Shown here: in pieces, positions 50,401 through 63,663 of the stretch
How the letters are laid out: every line of letters begins with the position of its first letter
Position numbering within the stretch: position 1 is the first letter of the stretch
Assembly (NCBI RefSeq): GCF_947568905.1
Contig: NC_079167.1
Span: forward strand, 13,826,001-13,890,000
Reading direction: 5' to 3'
Source: Ostrea edulis
Taxonomy: Eukaryota
Length of the DNA: 64,000 bases
The notes under the pieces: generated by a model
Told to the model about the DNA's origin: nothing
The model's database searches: none
The model's input: the letters and a program-made list of their open reading frames with translations, nothing else
Program-made: the position numbers and the translations under genes

Positions 50401-53400
50401 TAAGCCATAAGGTGTAAATTGACCAAACGCGCCCAAAGTGTACAGTATTGACAATTTTGTCATAACTTCCTGTTTCATAGTACTGTATGCAAACTTATTA
50501 TCGCCGCAGTTTAATTTTTGCTCTGTGTCAAAAACCGTGAAATTGAACCTGCAATAAATGTAATTGTAAAGAAAAAATAAGGAACGTATCAAAAGTTGTC
50601 TACTGTATTCATTTGATTTTGCTTTTGTTAGAAACGTCAATACGAAGGTGACCTATAACAGTTCAGATTGTCCAGACGCTTCAGACTTGCATAAGAATCC
50701 TAATCTCACGCAATCCATCAATAATCAGCTCGCTAACTCTGGTCAACTTAGTAGTCACGCCGTATACAACGGCAAAACGAAAGGACTGGGGCGGAGTTAC
50801 CACATCCCTCTGATCGGTTACGTGTACACTATCAACAGAAGAGGCATAAAAGACGCAATTAAGCGAGCATGGTCAAGTGCTGGTAGGAAATATTGGTTAT
50901 TTATTTATTTTGACTACGGATAACTCCGTCTACCAGATCAAGATATAGGGCTCACGGAAGTGTGAAGGGTCGACAGGGGATGCTTACTCCTCCTAGACAC
51001 CTGATCCCACCTCTGGTATATCCATGGGGTCCGTGTTTGCCCAACTCTCTATTTTGTATTGCTTATAGGAGTTATGAGATTGATCACTATTCGTTATGTT
51101 CACCTTTCATTACGGAATGCATTGTTACATTGCATCATCAAAGGAAAATGTATATTTGCTTTACATGTGATAGGAAACAAACAAGTTGATGTCCTCATCG
51201 TTGACGCTGCATACCAAATTGGACAGTATGGGTAAGGAACTTCATATCGTAAGAATTACTTATCAAAAATCAAACCAGAATATAGCCAATGGTTGCATCA
51301 GAATTGTCATTTTAGAAATAAAAAAATATACACACATATATCATGTTTATTTTCAGAATATACATAACGGATATGTCATATCTGGTTACTAGTGGCCTTG
51401 CATTTCTACAACCTAGACCGGAAAACATTCCGACAGAGAAGTCATTTGATAAGGAGTTCAAAACGGAATTTCCAGCTTTGCAGGTGTTGGTGTATTCTGG
51501 AAACGAGAGGTATAATTACGCCTCTGGATTACGCCTTTCTCTAAAGCAGAGGAAGAGATCCGCGCCCCTGTCAGTGGCTGATATACAGAGAAAAGCTCTT
51601 ACTGAGTGGGAAAACGTTATCAAAGGTAACGCATAACAAGAACGTGTACTATAATACTATCATCCAGCCTGAGCATTAGAGAAATGTAAATTTCACTTCT
51701 GTTATATTATTTGTGTTGTAGATGATGGGCGGTGTGCAAACCAGACCTGTAACATTGGATTAACTATTTCTCCTTTGGAGATCACAAAATCACGGTATTT
51801 CAAGACACATTCTATATTTAGGAAATAGAAGGATTTCAGAGTAGAGGGTTTCAATGAAACATTTCTGTTGCAGGTCATTCGATGTTGTTCTGTATCCAAC
51901 AATAAACAAATATCTCAACACAGAATCAACATTAATGACGGGGCTGAAAACCAGACTATCGCCTTATCATGAACGATGTAATGATTGCTCCAGATACCAT
52001 TATATAGATATAGTTGGGCGAATAAAACTCAGAGAGGAAAATGATATTGAAAATGCAACAAAAGTGGTTGTAGGTAAGTGGAAAGACTTTATTGATAAGC
52101 ATGCGTATTTTGATTCTTTCATTCCTGTGTAATCTAGATAATTACAATGTGTTTGTGTTTAATTAGGGGCTGTCGACACAAATTGGACGAAACTGTCTTT
52201 CGTTAGTGCTAAAAGGTAAACCTTCATCATTTTGATAATTTTCTTTTGGTTTGGACATTTTTTTAAGTGCTGCAAAAAATTAAAGAACTGTGTTTTTTTG
52301 TTTTTGTTTTAGTTCCTTGTCGACAAGACTATATTACTTACCCAGTAGTTTAAATGACACAATGGCGGGCTGGCCGCGCCCAAATATGGAGGGAAAGCTT
52401 GACTTGATTAATAGTTCTCTGAACAAGTTGAACCGAAAGCTAGCAATGCATAGAATGAGACGGCTGCATCAGTTAGTGATTATGGAAGCTGTGCCGACAT
52501 CAGAACAACACCATACCTTACACCTAATGGAAACAGCCTGGGCCACTGCAAACCAACGTAAGGAATCTGTACAGCTACACTACAGTCTTGTGATCTTTTG
52601 GTATTGATGACCATTAATTTGATTAAATTCCACGAATGTTTTGTTTTAACTGATAAATGTTTAACTTCATTTCAGATGTTCCTCAGAGAGATTTGACCAC
52701 TACCATCCAATCGTGGAACACAAATTATGTTTCCTTTCATGGGTAAGGAGAATTTCCTCTGTGCTGAAATGAATGAAATATGCCAATGTTATGCTGTGTT
52801 GTGGTTGATGTCTTTGATTATAACTTCTCCATTTAGAGATTCTGTGACACGAATAAAGTACACCATGGATATTCTGAATGCTGATTCCAGCATCGCAGCG
52901 TTATCCTCACCCAGTGTCGGGGTGATGGAGACGGTATTGAATTCCTCAGGTAAAACATACAGCGGCTGCAGAGCTTACCAGGTGAGAATGCTATGGATGA
53001 CGGACATGGAAGACCTCAACACAACATCAATAGAGAGCGCCGTGTCCAAAGCATGGATCAGTGCAAACAGCGGTAAGCATACATCCATTATACACGACAA
53101 CGTATATTTTCAACGTAATTATGATGTATCTTACTATGTTTGTTCTGAACATTTTAGGTTTTCAGCTCGTAATTCCTGCAACAGTTCTGAATTATGAAGC
53201 AGGATATGTTGCAGCGTCAGGGTAAGTAGATAGAGTCGTTCTCTGATGAAGAAATGTTCACTGCAGAAAAACAAATGCTCATAGATACGATTACCAGCAG
53301 TGGTCTTCATATTCAATAACAGCAATGATCTTCATATTCAATAACACCGATGGTCGTCATGTTGAATAACGCTTATTGTCTTCATACTAAATAACATCAA

Positions 53401-54005
53401 TGGTAAATTTGTTTTGGCAGAGAGAATGTTCGTATGTATACATATTTTATACAACCGAGGATAGGAAGCAAAAAAATCGATGAAGAAGATTTAGACGAGC
53501 CGTCCACTGTCGAATTAGAACAAGCACTATCAAAAACAGTACCTGGGTTACGCGCATTTCCTACTGCGTCCAAGAAATCAAATGGAACGGCATCAGATGG
53601 AACGGTATGTTCAACAAGACCCTGATTTGTTTTGACTACCGACACATTACTTACAGCATCTGATTTTAGGTGTATATTTCACAGATGCAATTCGTTATGG
53701 TTATCACTAATAAACCTCATCAAATGTGAAAGAAAAAAGATGTACTGTATAAAGGGTATTTTCAGCGGTAGGAAATTTTTGCGATTTAATCCATAAATGG
53801 TAGCAAATTATATTCTGCGTTTCCATTTTCTGCAGTTGCATTGTACCTTTTGCGACTGTAATTTTTGAGGATTTTTCCTATCCGCAGAAAATGGACGATC
53901 GCATAGAATACCCGTTATACGGGATGGGGTTTGCAAAATATATCTAAATGTATCATAAAAAGGTGCATATAGTATTTGAGATGAGACCGTTCATCAATGT
54001 TTTTG

Positions 54006-54038
<33 letters not shown>

Positions 54039-56953
54039 AGACGTTAAGCAAGATAGAATCAATCAATCAATAATTCGAGAATTGTTTACTTATATGGAAA
54101 CGGCGTCGAATGTAGACGAAGTGTTAGAAATGGTGACTAATGCATGGCGCTCAGGGCTGTAGCAGTACAACAGCTACGGCTTCGGGCAGTGGGGGTTCTT
54201 TAGCGTGCCACACCTACTATGACACGGGACTCGGGTCAAACGAAACAGCTGTTGTCCGAGGACACAGTCTATAACTGTTTTGTTATACACCTTCATTCTC
54301 TTGGGTTTTTTTTTTCTAGATGCACATGATTCTTTCATTTTGAACTTTTTAACAAGACAGTGTGATTGCGCACATTTATCAACGTGGGTTAGGTTTGATG
54401 TGTTACTGAGAGCGAGCGCCGTAACCACTAGTCGTGTTAGCGGTTATCCAGTCGTTAGTTGGCGTGAGAGACTACATATAGATCTATATCTATATATATT
54501 CTTGACAGGAATGGTGGGTGTACATAGTCATAGCTGTAGGATGTCTGGCGTTGGTTGTCATATTAACATCACTCTTGGTCACAGCACTGCGGGCTAGAAG
54601 GTATGTAACACCGCGTACTTAAAGTCTACCAAAGGTACATGTATATTTACATGTATTATAATTTGTTAATGATTAACGTAGCATTTCATTTGAATGATAT
54701 AAAGTTACATCCTTTACAAAAGAGTGGCAAATCGTCATAGTGTTTCAAATGAGAGTACGTCATTGGTGCAAAAATGAAATCCGATTGACGGTGTTGCCCC
54801 TTTACTGATTCGACATTTGTCTGGATTAGCTCTATGGAGCGCCAAATTAACATAAACTCAAATAATTGAAGATATCTTCAATTATTTGAAGATATCATCA
54901 ATTCATTTGATGCGCACAACAATTGAATTAAAGATCTCTTCAAATAATTAATGATATCTTCAATTCTGAATTATTTGCGCGCATTAATTGAATTGATGAG
55001 AGCATTAATTCTTCAGCTGATTTGATGCGCGATTTAATTGAATTAATGATCTCTTCAAATGAATTAATGATATCAACAATTGAATTGATGCGCGCTACAA
55101 TTCAATTGAAGAGAGCAATAATTCATATAATGCGCGCATTAAATCAATTGATGAGAACAATAATTGAATTGATGCGCGCATTAATTCATTTGATGAGAGC
55201 AATAATTGATTTAATGCGCGCATTAATTCAATTATTGCTCTCTTCAATTGAATTAATGATATCTTTAATTCATTTGAAGAGAGCAATAATTCTTTTAGAG
55301 AGAGCAACTATATAATTAAAGATATTTTCAATTCAACATATCCACAATTGAATTAATGATATCTTTAATTGAATTGTTGCTCTCTTTAAAAGAATTGATG
55401 CGCGCATTAATTCCTTATATAAAAGCATTGTAAATGATTTAAAGATATCTTCAATTGAATTAAAGAGATCATCAAATTATTTATACCGAGCTCTAAATTA
55501 ATTATTGCGAGCAATATTTCTACTAAATTGATGCTCTCATCAAATGAATTGAAGAGAGCAATAATTGAATTAATGCGCGCATCAAATCTATTATTGCTCT
55601 CATTAATTGAATTAATGCGCGCATCAATTGAATTGAAGAGAGCAATAATTGAATTAATGCGCGCATTAAATCAATTATTGCTCTCATTAATTCAATTGAT
55701 GCGCGCATTAACTCAATTGATGAGAGCAATAATTGAATTGAAGCGCGCATTAATTCATTTGATGAGAGCGATAATTGATTTAATGCACGCATTAATTCAA
55801 TTAAAGAGAGCAATAATTGAATTGATGATATCTTCAAATAATTGAAGATATCTTCAATTATTTAAGTTTATGTTAATTTGACGCTCCATATAGCTCAGTG
55901 AACTAAGACGGTGGGCTTTTATTCTGTCCTCAGTTATAATATATGTTCAGCATTCAGATTGTGATCGGTTTTATACTCAAAAGACATCACGTATAATCAC
56001 CAGGGGTCAGTGTCCTTCAGAATGCCGATCGCAACGACCTCGGGAAAGGTTGTTTTTTCGCTTGCCGGAAAGGCCCTAGAATGTGCATATGTGGAATGAA
56101 AGACAAAGGAATTAATCTTGAATGTTACACCCAAACGTGTGATGTCGCACAGAGAACGCGGAATAACTCCATCAAATATCTGGTATAAATAGAACCATGT
56201 AATGAATTAAAACAATTTTCCAATCACTTTCTAATATAAATATATAAACATTTACGACAAGACCTTGTAACACAATGATGTTTGATCTTTTGACCTTGGA
56301 ATTTGAAACCTCAGACCTGTTTGATATCTCCTGAACTATTTAAGGTAGGGCTTTCATATTTTGTATATATATGTAGATTCTTTATGGCAAGACCTTTAAA
56401 CTTTGTTGTTTGACCTTGTGATTGTGACATTGAACAACGGCAGGACCAAGATGGTTTAGCTGAGCGATGTAGCCCATAGACCTCTTGTTATTGACTTCGT
56501 ACAAAAATTTGAATTATTTGCTACATGAGCCAATCTACACCTCACTGTATTGCACATCTCTTACTGGCTTTATTTATGTCAAATTTGATCGGTGTGGTAT
56601 TCCTCCGTACTCTACACAAATAAAAAAAATCCCTTGGTATTCATTGTATCATCAAGCCAATAACATTTGTTTTATCCATATATGATCCATTTCCTCATGC
56701 ATTTTACCATTTTGCATTGCTTTTATTCAATAAGTTGCTATTATCAAATTCTATTATTAGTCATCGTCAGTCAAGAACGCTAAAACAGGACCCAAAACAA
56801 ATGAATGGATTTGACAAAGAACACTTCTCTAAAGAGCCCGTAATGGAGAAAAATTCCAATGGCCTTTACACCGTGGAGGACGAGGACACAGACTATTCCA
56901 AAACAACATACATAGTGAACAACGCAGCAGATACCGAGGCGTATCAGGAATGA
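41478..56953 (+). CDS. Delta/Serrate-like (MNNL-DSL-EGF) type I membrane protein with mucin stalk and six repeated juxtamembrane modules, ~1580 aa
   Basis: 22 phase-consistent GT-AG exons: 41478-41543, 42501-42664, 44501-44600, 45520-45674, 46331-46521, 46770-46971, 47190-48753, 49374-49635, 49760-49817, 50632-50882, 51174-51231, 51357-51625, 51722-51794, 51874-52073, 52167-52215, 52313-52557, 52676-52742, 52837-53072, 53158-53221, 53421-53604, 54509-54600, 56761-56953 (4743 nt). Signal peptide; LKEYNN...LYNGDCC (MNNL); CGTYYYGDECSVFC...GHYSC...C..GWEGTNC (DSL); ~9 EGF; TM WWVYIVIAVGCLALVVILTSLLVTAL. Confidence 0.85.
45800..46270. repeat. 36-bp minisatellite in intron 4 of the DSL-like gene
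   Basis: Unit ~AAACACGAATTCACACTGAGGTTCTTACTTGTATTT, about 10-12 degenerate copies. Confidence 0.85.
50905..51109 (+). mobile_element. 3' UTR remnant of the Penelope-like family seen at 10585 and 28000
   Basis: GATCAAGATATAGGGCTCACGG...GATGCTTACTCCTCCTAG...CTGATCCCACCTCTGG...TTCACCTTTCAT. Confidence 0.65.
53745..53922. mobile_element. Small MITE, Tc1/mariner-like
   Basis: TA then CTGTATAAAGGGTATT at the left end; AATACCCGTTATACGG at the right end (imperfect TIR). Confidence 0.45.
53975..54250. mobile_element. SINE fragments
   Basis: GGACGTCTCCATATGAGTGAAAAATTCTCG...(AATC)n tail on the plus strand, and a GCGCTCAGGGC...GTGCCACACCTACT block matching the SINE body. Confidence 0.5.
54833..55890. 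mobile_element. Non-autonomous foldback DNA transposon with 6-bp TSD (IS3EU-like), copy 2
   Basis: TATGGAG...CTCCATA termini, TAGCTC direct repeat at 54827-54832 and 55891-55896, same family as 4797-5775. Confidence 0.88.
56270..56487 (+). mobile_element. Helentron-like 3' fragment
   Basis: TTTGACCTT motifs and the end GAGCGATGTAGCCCATAGACCTCTTGTT. Confidence 0.45.
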
Positions 56954-57635
56954 AACTGAACGGCAGGTGGATCCAACTGTTTATAAATTTAATCGCTCAG
57001 AAGTAATCCTGATGAATGCGTGAAGGTGCGTGAAGCGTCCAAAATGCTTTTGAAAGAGGCTGGCTGCTTCCTAGGAATGAATACGTGGCATAGATGTTTA
57101 TGTACGTGTGTTCAAGTACCAGTGTTCAAATCAGTGAGATAACATTATTTGAACACGATATAGGTGTACGTAGTTGTTTTATTGCTTACGTTGTTACCAG
57201 GTATTGGGTAATTTGCTTTTGATGTATCTTAAAATGGATTTGAATTAATAAAATTGACTCTTTTTCTCAATGAACTTATTATCATATATTGTTGCATTTT
57301 TATATCATGAAAAAAAAAATACTCTAGATTCAAGAACACTTGTCATAAAATGTGCACAATATTGATATCAGTTAAAACCTATATATTTGGTACATATATC
57401 ATTATGTTTCCAAACAAGTTCTAGTTTTTCAACAGCAATCGGACAGGTGATTATATCAGCTGGTAGCGGACACGTTTGTATAAGTTTATATATTTGTGTA
57501 GCGATGAAATACAATGATACAGGGCTGATAAGATTACCCCGTCTAACCACCCAGTGTAACAAAAAAGTCCGTTATCATGACCGGTGTTAATTCATCATCG
57601 TGAAAAGATTCTTTGGTGGGTGGAGTTATACGACA

Positions 57636-60600
57636 ATGGAGGTAGGAGGAGGAACTTGGGGCTAAACTTTTTCTCTCCGTTCTATGGAGTTCTACCGTTT
57701 CATTGTTGTAATTTTCTTTAAATTTAGAACTGAATATTAAAGTTGTTTAGAATTTACAAGGAAGAATTCTTTATCATAAAAATAACTTTGTATCATATTA
57801 CCTCAAATCAATAGATTGTTTCAAATGTTTTCCTTAGTTTATGATGTAATTACGTATTGGATTGATCGTTAAGAGATCTCGGGTTTTCATTGAACTAGGT
57901 AAATCTGTAATCTATGTAATGATTCACCCCATCATTTATCTACTATTTGGCATGCTTTATATTCAGCCCAAATCAGTGATCATTGTGATGGGTATTGCTG
58001 AAGACATAGTCAATAGTGAAAAAAATTGAAGCTTCAGTGAATTTCGAATGTAAACTAGATTCTATGATATTCTCTTGAAAATTATTTTCCTCTGATGACG
58101 CCATGAGGGGAAGTAACTCGTTTAAACTGAACTCGTCTAATAGTGAAAAACAAACAAACCCTGAACAACTACCGGTATATATGTCATGAAAAGGGGACAC
58201 TACTAAAATGAAATGAATTTATAATTTTACGTATTCGTCATCATGGTGCCTGTCATATTTTCGTCTATATTTGCTAGTGATCAGCTATAGAATTATATGC
58301 AGCATTGACGCGACGCATTCTATCCAATGAGAAAACGACATTCTAGTCCAAGACAAAACTTATAATGCATTTGTATTAATTCATATATAAAGTAGGGATT
58401 ACACATTTTGATTTACATGGATAGTTAATCACAATATTTCTGTACATAATCATTTATCTTAGATATAGGAGGGCTGTTCGATATGTAATGTGTATTGTAC
58501 CACAGCGCGATAACACTTTGCATGGTTTCGTGGATGATGATACTCTTGAATAGCTCTATTCAATACCTTTCCAACGGTATAAACACGAGCCTTCAGCTCT
58601 ACATGGTTTTAAACGAATAGTCATTTCAATAGAGCCAGTCGTTGACCGTTGTTGTAACAAGAATAGATATGGGTTACCCCATATCCAAGAAATTCGACTT
58701 TTAATTTACTCGTAGCAAATACTGTGACCAGTCTTGCTTCACTAGCAAACAGTGCGCACACCTGTCCTTGACCTTTTAACCTTGAAAAAATGTACAATTA
58801 CATGAACAATACTAAAGAAGGATAATTATTAAAATCTTGTCTTTATATTAGCTGAAAAATACATATATAGAGTATTGCAAAAATCAAGAAGGTGAAAATC
58901 ACTTTGTAGATATTTACTATGATATCCCCCTCCCCATCTAATTTTATTTCCTAGAAAATAAATTTGTCCAATTAAGTTATTTCTTTTTTAATTGAAAAAA
59001 TGCCCACCCCAGAATCAAATGTGTGTCCCCTTTCTTGATAAAAAAAAAATAGTAGAAATATCTCATTTCCAAACCTTTAATCCACCCCTCCTATTTTTTA
59101 AAATTTCCTCTGTTGTGGTTATATTTGTATTTTCTTATCCTTATGAATTCATAAATTTTGTACATGAGGATCACAACCTATGCACTTATTCAACAAGAAA
59201 TGTATACAAGGCTTTAATAAATTTTATTTATAAATTGGAAAAAACAACAACATGGGAATCATTTTGAATTGCAGGGAATTTCGTAAACGAGAGACTTAAA
59301 TAAATTTTTCTGCGTAAACTTTTTTTTCGATGCAAAAGTACCACCTAGTACCTCATCTACGCAATACCGAGCTGTCTTGCAGTGAATATTGCGGATGTAA
59401 ATTTTTTTTACACGTGTTTCTTTACTTTGTTCACTGACAACAAGCAGAAATCACATAAATTGCAACATAGATGTTGATAAGTTGAGTACCTTTAAAAACG
59501 AAAAACAAAACCTCGTCACTCGTACATTTCTTACATGTGTTATATTTTTAGAAGTTGGAAAACCCCACATAATAAAATGATTTGATAGCCTTTTGTCTTT
59601 CAAAACTACCGTTACCAGTGGTAACATGTTTTCCTTTAGATATCACATTTATTCTCTTTTCTGTTCAGTTGTTTTCCTCTGCTCTGATTACATATATTTT
59701 GAAGCCGTGTTGACAAAGCGTCATGCTTGTTCATAACGGTCGATAACTCGTAGTCGTACGTATTGTATAAGACAAATGCTGATGTCAAAATCATCGGCAT
59801 TTACCAGAAGTGCTCTGTTATACATAGAAATCCTTATAAAAAAGAAAAAACACACACACACACATACAAATTAATGATTAACATTCTCTCTCAGAATAAA
59901 TTGTATAATAATTAACGAACAATAATCATGAAAGGAATATAATTGTCAATCGAAGAATGACCTATATATTTCCGTGAAATACACTGAGGAGGCAGCTAGC
60001 GTAGGAATATGAATACTTCTTATTTACATTTCTGGTGAAAAAGTGATTTTCTTAAAATCATTTGACGTTAATTTTGTTTTCTTCTACATATTACATACAC
60101 ATCGATTTGCTGTAATGTTGTATCTGCTGATCATGAATAGAACTATATTTTTTCAGAGCAATTGTGTGAAGAGTACCTGACTCCAGTAATAAATCTTGAA
60201 TAGATAGTATGCACTGACCGAATTTATTAAAAATGGTTGGGAAACGGGTTGAGAATATTGAAGAAATTAGAGCTTATATAAAAGTTCGCACAAAACTCGG
60301 TCATTCGGTAATGGAATTTTTACTGAAATGGGGGGAGTTTATAGGTCTGATAAGGTATCTTATGAGACAGTTCGTAGGTGGAGAAAGAAATTTCTGACTG
60401 GCACAGAGTCCGCCAAAGATGCAGCAAAATCTGGCCGACCTGTGACTGTAACAGGCAAGACAAATGTCTCAAAATCAGGGAAATAATTGAAAGTAATGGC
60501 AGATACAGGATCCGTGATATTGTCAAAGCTGTTAGCATATCGCTATCCATTTTGAGGCGTATTTTGAAAGTACGAAAGATTTTTGCCAGAAGGATACCGC

Positions 60601-63381
60601 ATACATTGACAGATGACCAAAAACGGGTACGAGTACAAACCGCTAAGCAATTGTTCAATTTGGTTCTTAAATTCAATCAAAAATAACTTACAAACATTGT
60701 TACTGGTGACGAAACATGGGTTCCTTATTTTGAACCAGTAAGAAAAATTGGAAACAAAATATGGCTAACTAAACACGGTGAAAGGCCTGTAGTTGCCAAA
60801 AGAACCATACGCACAAAGAAGGTTCTTTATTGCATATTCTTCTCATGAGATGGTATAACCGTGCAAATTCCGGTGCCGAGTGACAAAAGTGTTACAGGTG
60901 GGTATTACCGAGATGTTATACTAAAAAAGCTCAAGAAATATTATCATAAACGACGCCCTGTGTCAGGATTAAGGCATGTTCGTCTACTTGATGATAATGC
61001 TCCATCACATAAATCTAAGTTTGTGAAGCAAAATTTGAAGTCTTGCCACACTCACCATACTCTCCAGATCTAGCCCCATGCGACTTTTTCCGTTTTCTAA
61101 AACTTGAAAAGTTCTTTTCTGGTCGTCGTTACAAGTCCCGACAAGCATTTGGCTCAGCCATCAGTCAGTGCCTCAGAGGTCTACCTAAATCAGCGTACCG
61201 TGACGCATTTCAGAAATGGATTCAGAGATTGAAATTATGTATTTCAAACCGCTGAGAATACTTTGAAGGGATGTAATGTTCATTTCACTATTTGAGTCGA
61301 ATGCTTTTGCGATATCGTACAATACACATTACATATCGAACAGCCCTCGTAGATATCTGGTACGTTTGCATTATTTGACATTTCAACTGAAATTCTGAAA
61401 CGTGAATTGGCTTCACTATGAAGAAATAAAAATAATCGACCGAGAATTCCTAGTTGCCTATGTCCTCTTATGAAGGATGGGGACAGGAGATTTTGAATTA
61501 TTAATCTAAACCTCGATATCTATCAAGGCATTTTGAAATATTTTTTCTAATACTAAGTTCTTAATTCTTACAGGAATTGAAAAAAAAATTCATAAATCTG
61601 TTGACATTTTATATCAGACAACTTATTTCTAATCAAAAAGTACCTATTACTTACCAATTAACTTCTTTAATTTTCATTTTTCTTGAAAGGGAAAGCAGTC
61701 ACTATCCGTCCTGATATTGCTGTCAATTGCAAACACTTTATATGCTCTTCCATATTGTATACCGAACCACGGTTCTCCAGCTCCCAATGGTAAGGATAGT
61801 AAAATGTTCTACAAGCTTGTCAAACTTAATAGTATGGCAGTGGACTAATCTTGTCAAAATTAATAGTATGGCAGTGGACTTACCATTGCACCTAAATTTG
61901 TTTAGTGCCACTGAATTCTATCAAAATGTTTGCTTAATGAATTCTGAAGCGGATTTTCATTACCTTTAATACAATGCAGCATGCTGTGATTTGTCGTATA
62001 GTATTTACCATTTGGATTTGAGTATACAGTGTTACACAACACATATATATACAAAAGTAAGAGAGGACGAGATTCTAAAATACATGGACAAATTGCAGAC
62101 ATGCATACGTCAAACTTCCGTTGAAATCTACGTTTAGACATTTGGTCAGACGTAGTTTCCACGTCAGTAAAATCAGCCGTAACTGCTACGTTTACGTCTA
62201 CGTTTGGATTTACAACCTTTAATAAACCTGTGTCCTAGTATTCAATTGTAAACTGTGTGTTTGTTTTAGCGCCACCTTTTCCAGTATTGCCCGACACTTT
62301 CCAATCCCGAGTGGAGGCCAACATAATCGATAAAAAGATGACGGTGTCTGCCCAGGAGTACTTTGACAACCGAAACGACAGGGCCACTTTGATTACGGTG
62401 TCAGAAGGCAGTACGCCGGATACATTTATATACGATTATTCCCACGACCAGCTCTTTTACGTTTATGGTAATAACAAACTTGTTGTGACACTAGATTCAA
62501 CAACAATGAAGATAACTTTTTTATTCCGTATTACAAGCATTGTCTATACACAACATATTTTGTTGTCAATCTTGCAAACTGGTTTTTAAAGTAAAACATA
62601 CACCTTGTAGATTTGCTCTGGAGTCCCGATCTGATGTGATTTTACATATCTTTCAGAGGGACAATGTCAAACAAATAATTTATTAAATGACCCAAATAAC
62701 TATCTATTTGGTAACAAGATGAAGAATGGAATAGCTCACACATTTTCCACCAACGGCGCCTTGCATTTTTTGAAGGATAACCAGGTACGAAAACCCACAG
62801 CCCATTTCGTTTCCATGATAAAGATGACGGGGCCTTTGTTTGTTGGTTTTTAACGATGATACTGCAAAAAATATTTTCCAGACGTATATGGGGAAAACAA
62901 TCGTAAGAGGAATAAACGCAGATCATTGGCGTGCGTGTTTGGTATGGTCGAAGCCTAATGCCACCTTCACTCTAGATTATTACTTTACGGGTAAGACGAG
63001 TGTTCCTCACCATGCAACAGAACAATGCTATTGTAGGGGTAACGTAAAGCTGAAATGTTATAACAAACGTGACGATAAATTGTCCAAATTCTTCACAAAA
63101 TACAATATTTATATTGACATAATTGCTGGATGATATACAAGCATATACTTTTAATTCTAAGATTTCTTAAGAGTTCTTCCTATGTATACAACATAATCAG
63201 ACTTCTGATGGACATTTCAGCTCTAGATTGGATCAATCCGGTGGGATTTCAACAACTTCCACTCAAAGCCGAGGCAATCGGAATAAAAATATTCAATGAA
63301 ACATCGCAAGTACTGTTTCATCATATATATAACTACTACGAATTCAGAGTGGATCTAACAGTCGATGATACAATTTTTCAG
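57636..63381 (+). CDS. Secreted ependymin/LolA-like domain protein, 3'-incomplete
   Basis: Well-supported exons 61690-61789 (signal peptide), 62270-62467, 62657-62784, 62882-62990, 63221-63381, all phase-consistent. The start exon 57636-57641 (ME) is tentative. Motifs P.LPDTFQSRVEANI...QEYFDNRNDR, YMGKTIVRGINADHWRAC, FHHIYNYYEF...DDTIFQ. Confidence 0.68.
58468..61349 (+). mobile_element. Mariner (DD34D-type) DNA transposon, degenerate
   Basis: TA-flanked ~33-bp TIRs (C/G)GAGGGCTGTTCGATATGTAATGTGTATTGTAC. Transposase remnants at ~60235-61280 (IRAYIKVR, YETVRRW, SGRP, IVTGDETW, LLDDNAPSH, PYSPDLAPCDF) with frameshifts and a stop. Confidence 0.9.
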
Positions 63382-63663
63382 GTAAACGACACTAATTTCC
63401 ATAGAAAGGAGAGAATGATGAAAGTCACGAACTTACGAGTAAACGTTCTATGTTTGTTAGTCCCACGGCTTCACAAGAGTAACATGCATCTTGAAAGAAT
63501 AACAATGCTCATTCACATCAAATGCAAATCAAATACATGACAATAAACAAACATACACAGTCCTAATATAGAATAGGGACAATATTATGCCATTTTTAAT
63601 AGATAGAATAGATATAAAATGTGGGGTTAGAGTTAAGATTTAGGGTTAGATTTAAGGTGTGGG

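Noticed and set aside
63620-63663. GGGTTAG-like motifs suggesting telomeric repeats
   Set aside because: Only two or three degenerate units next to a minisatellite, more likely a transposon subterminal sequence.
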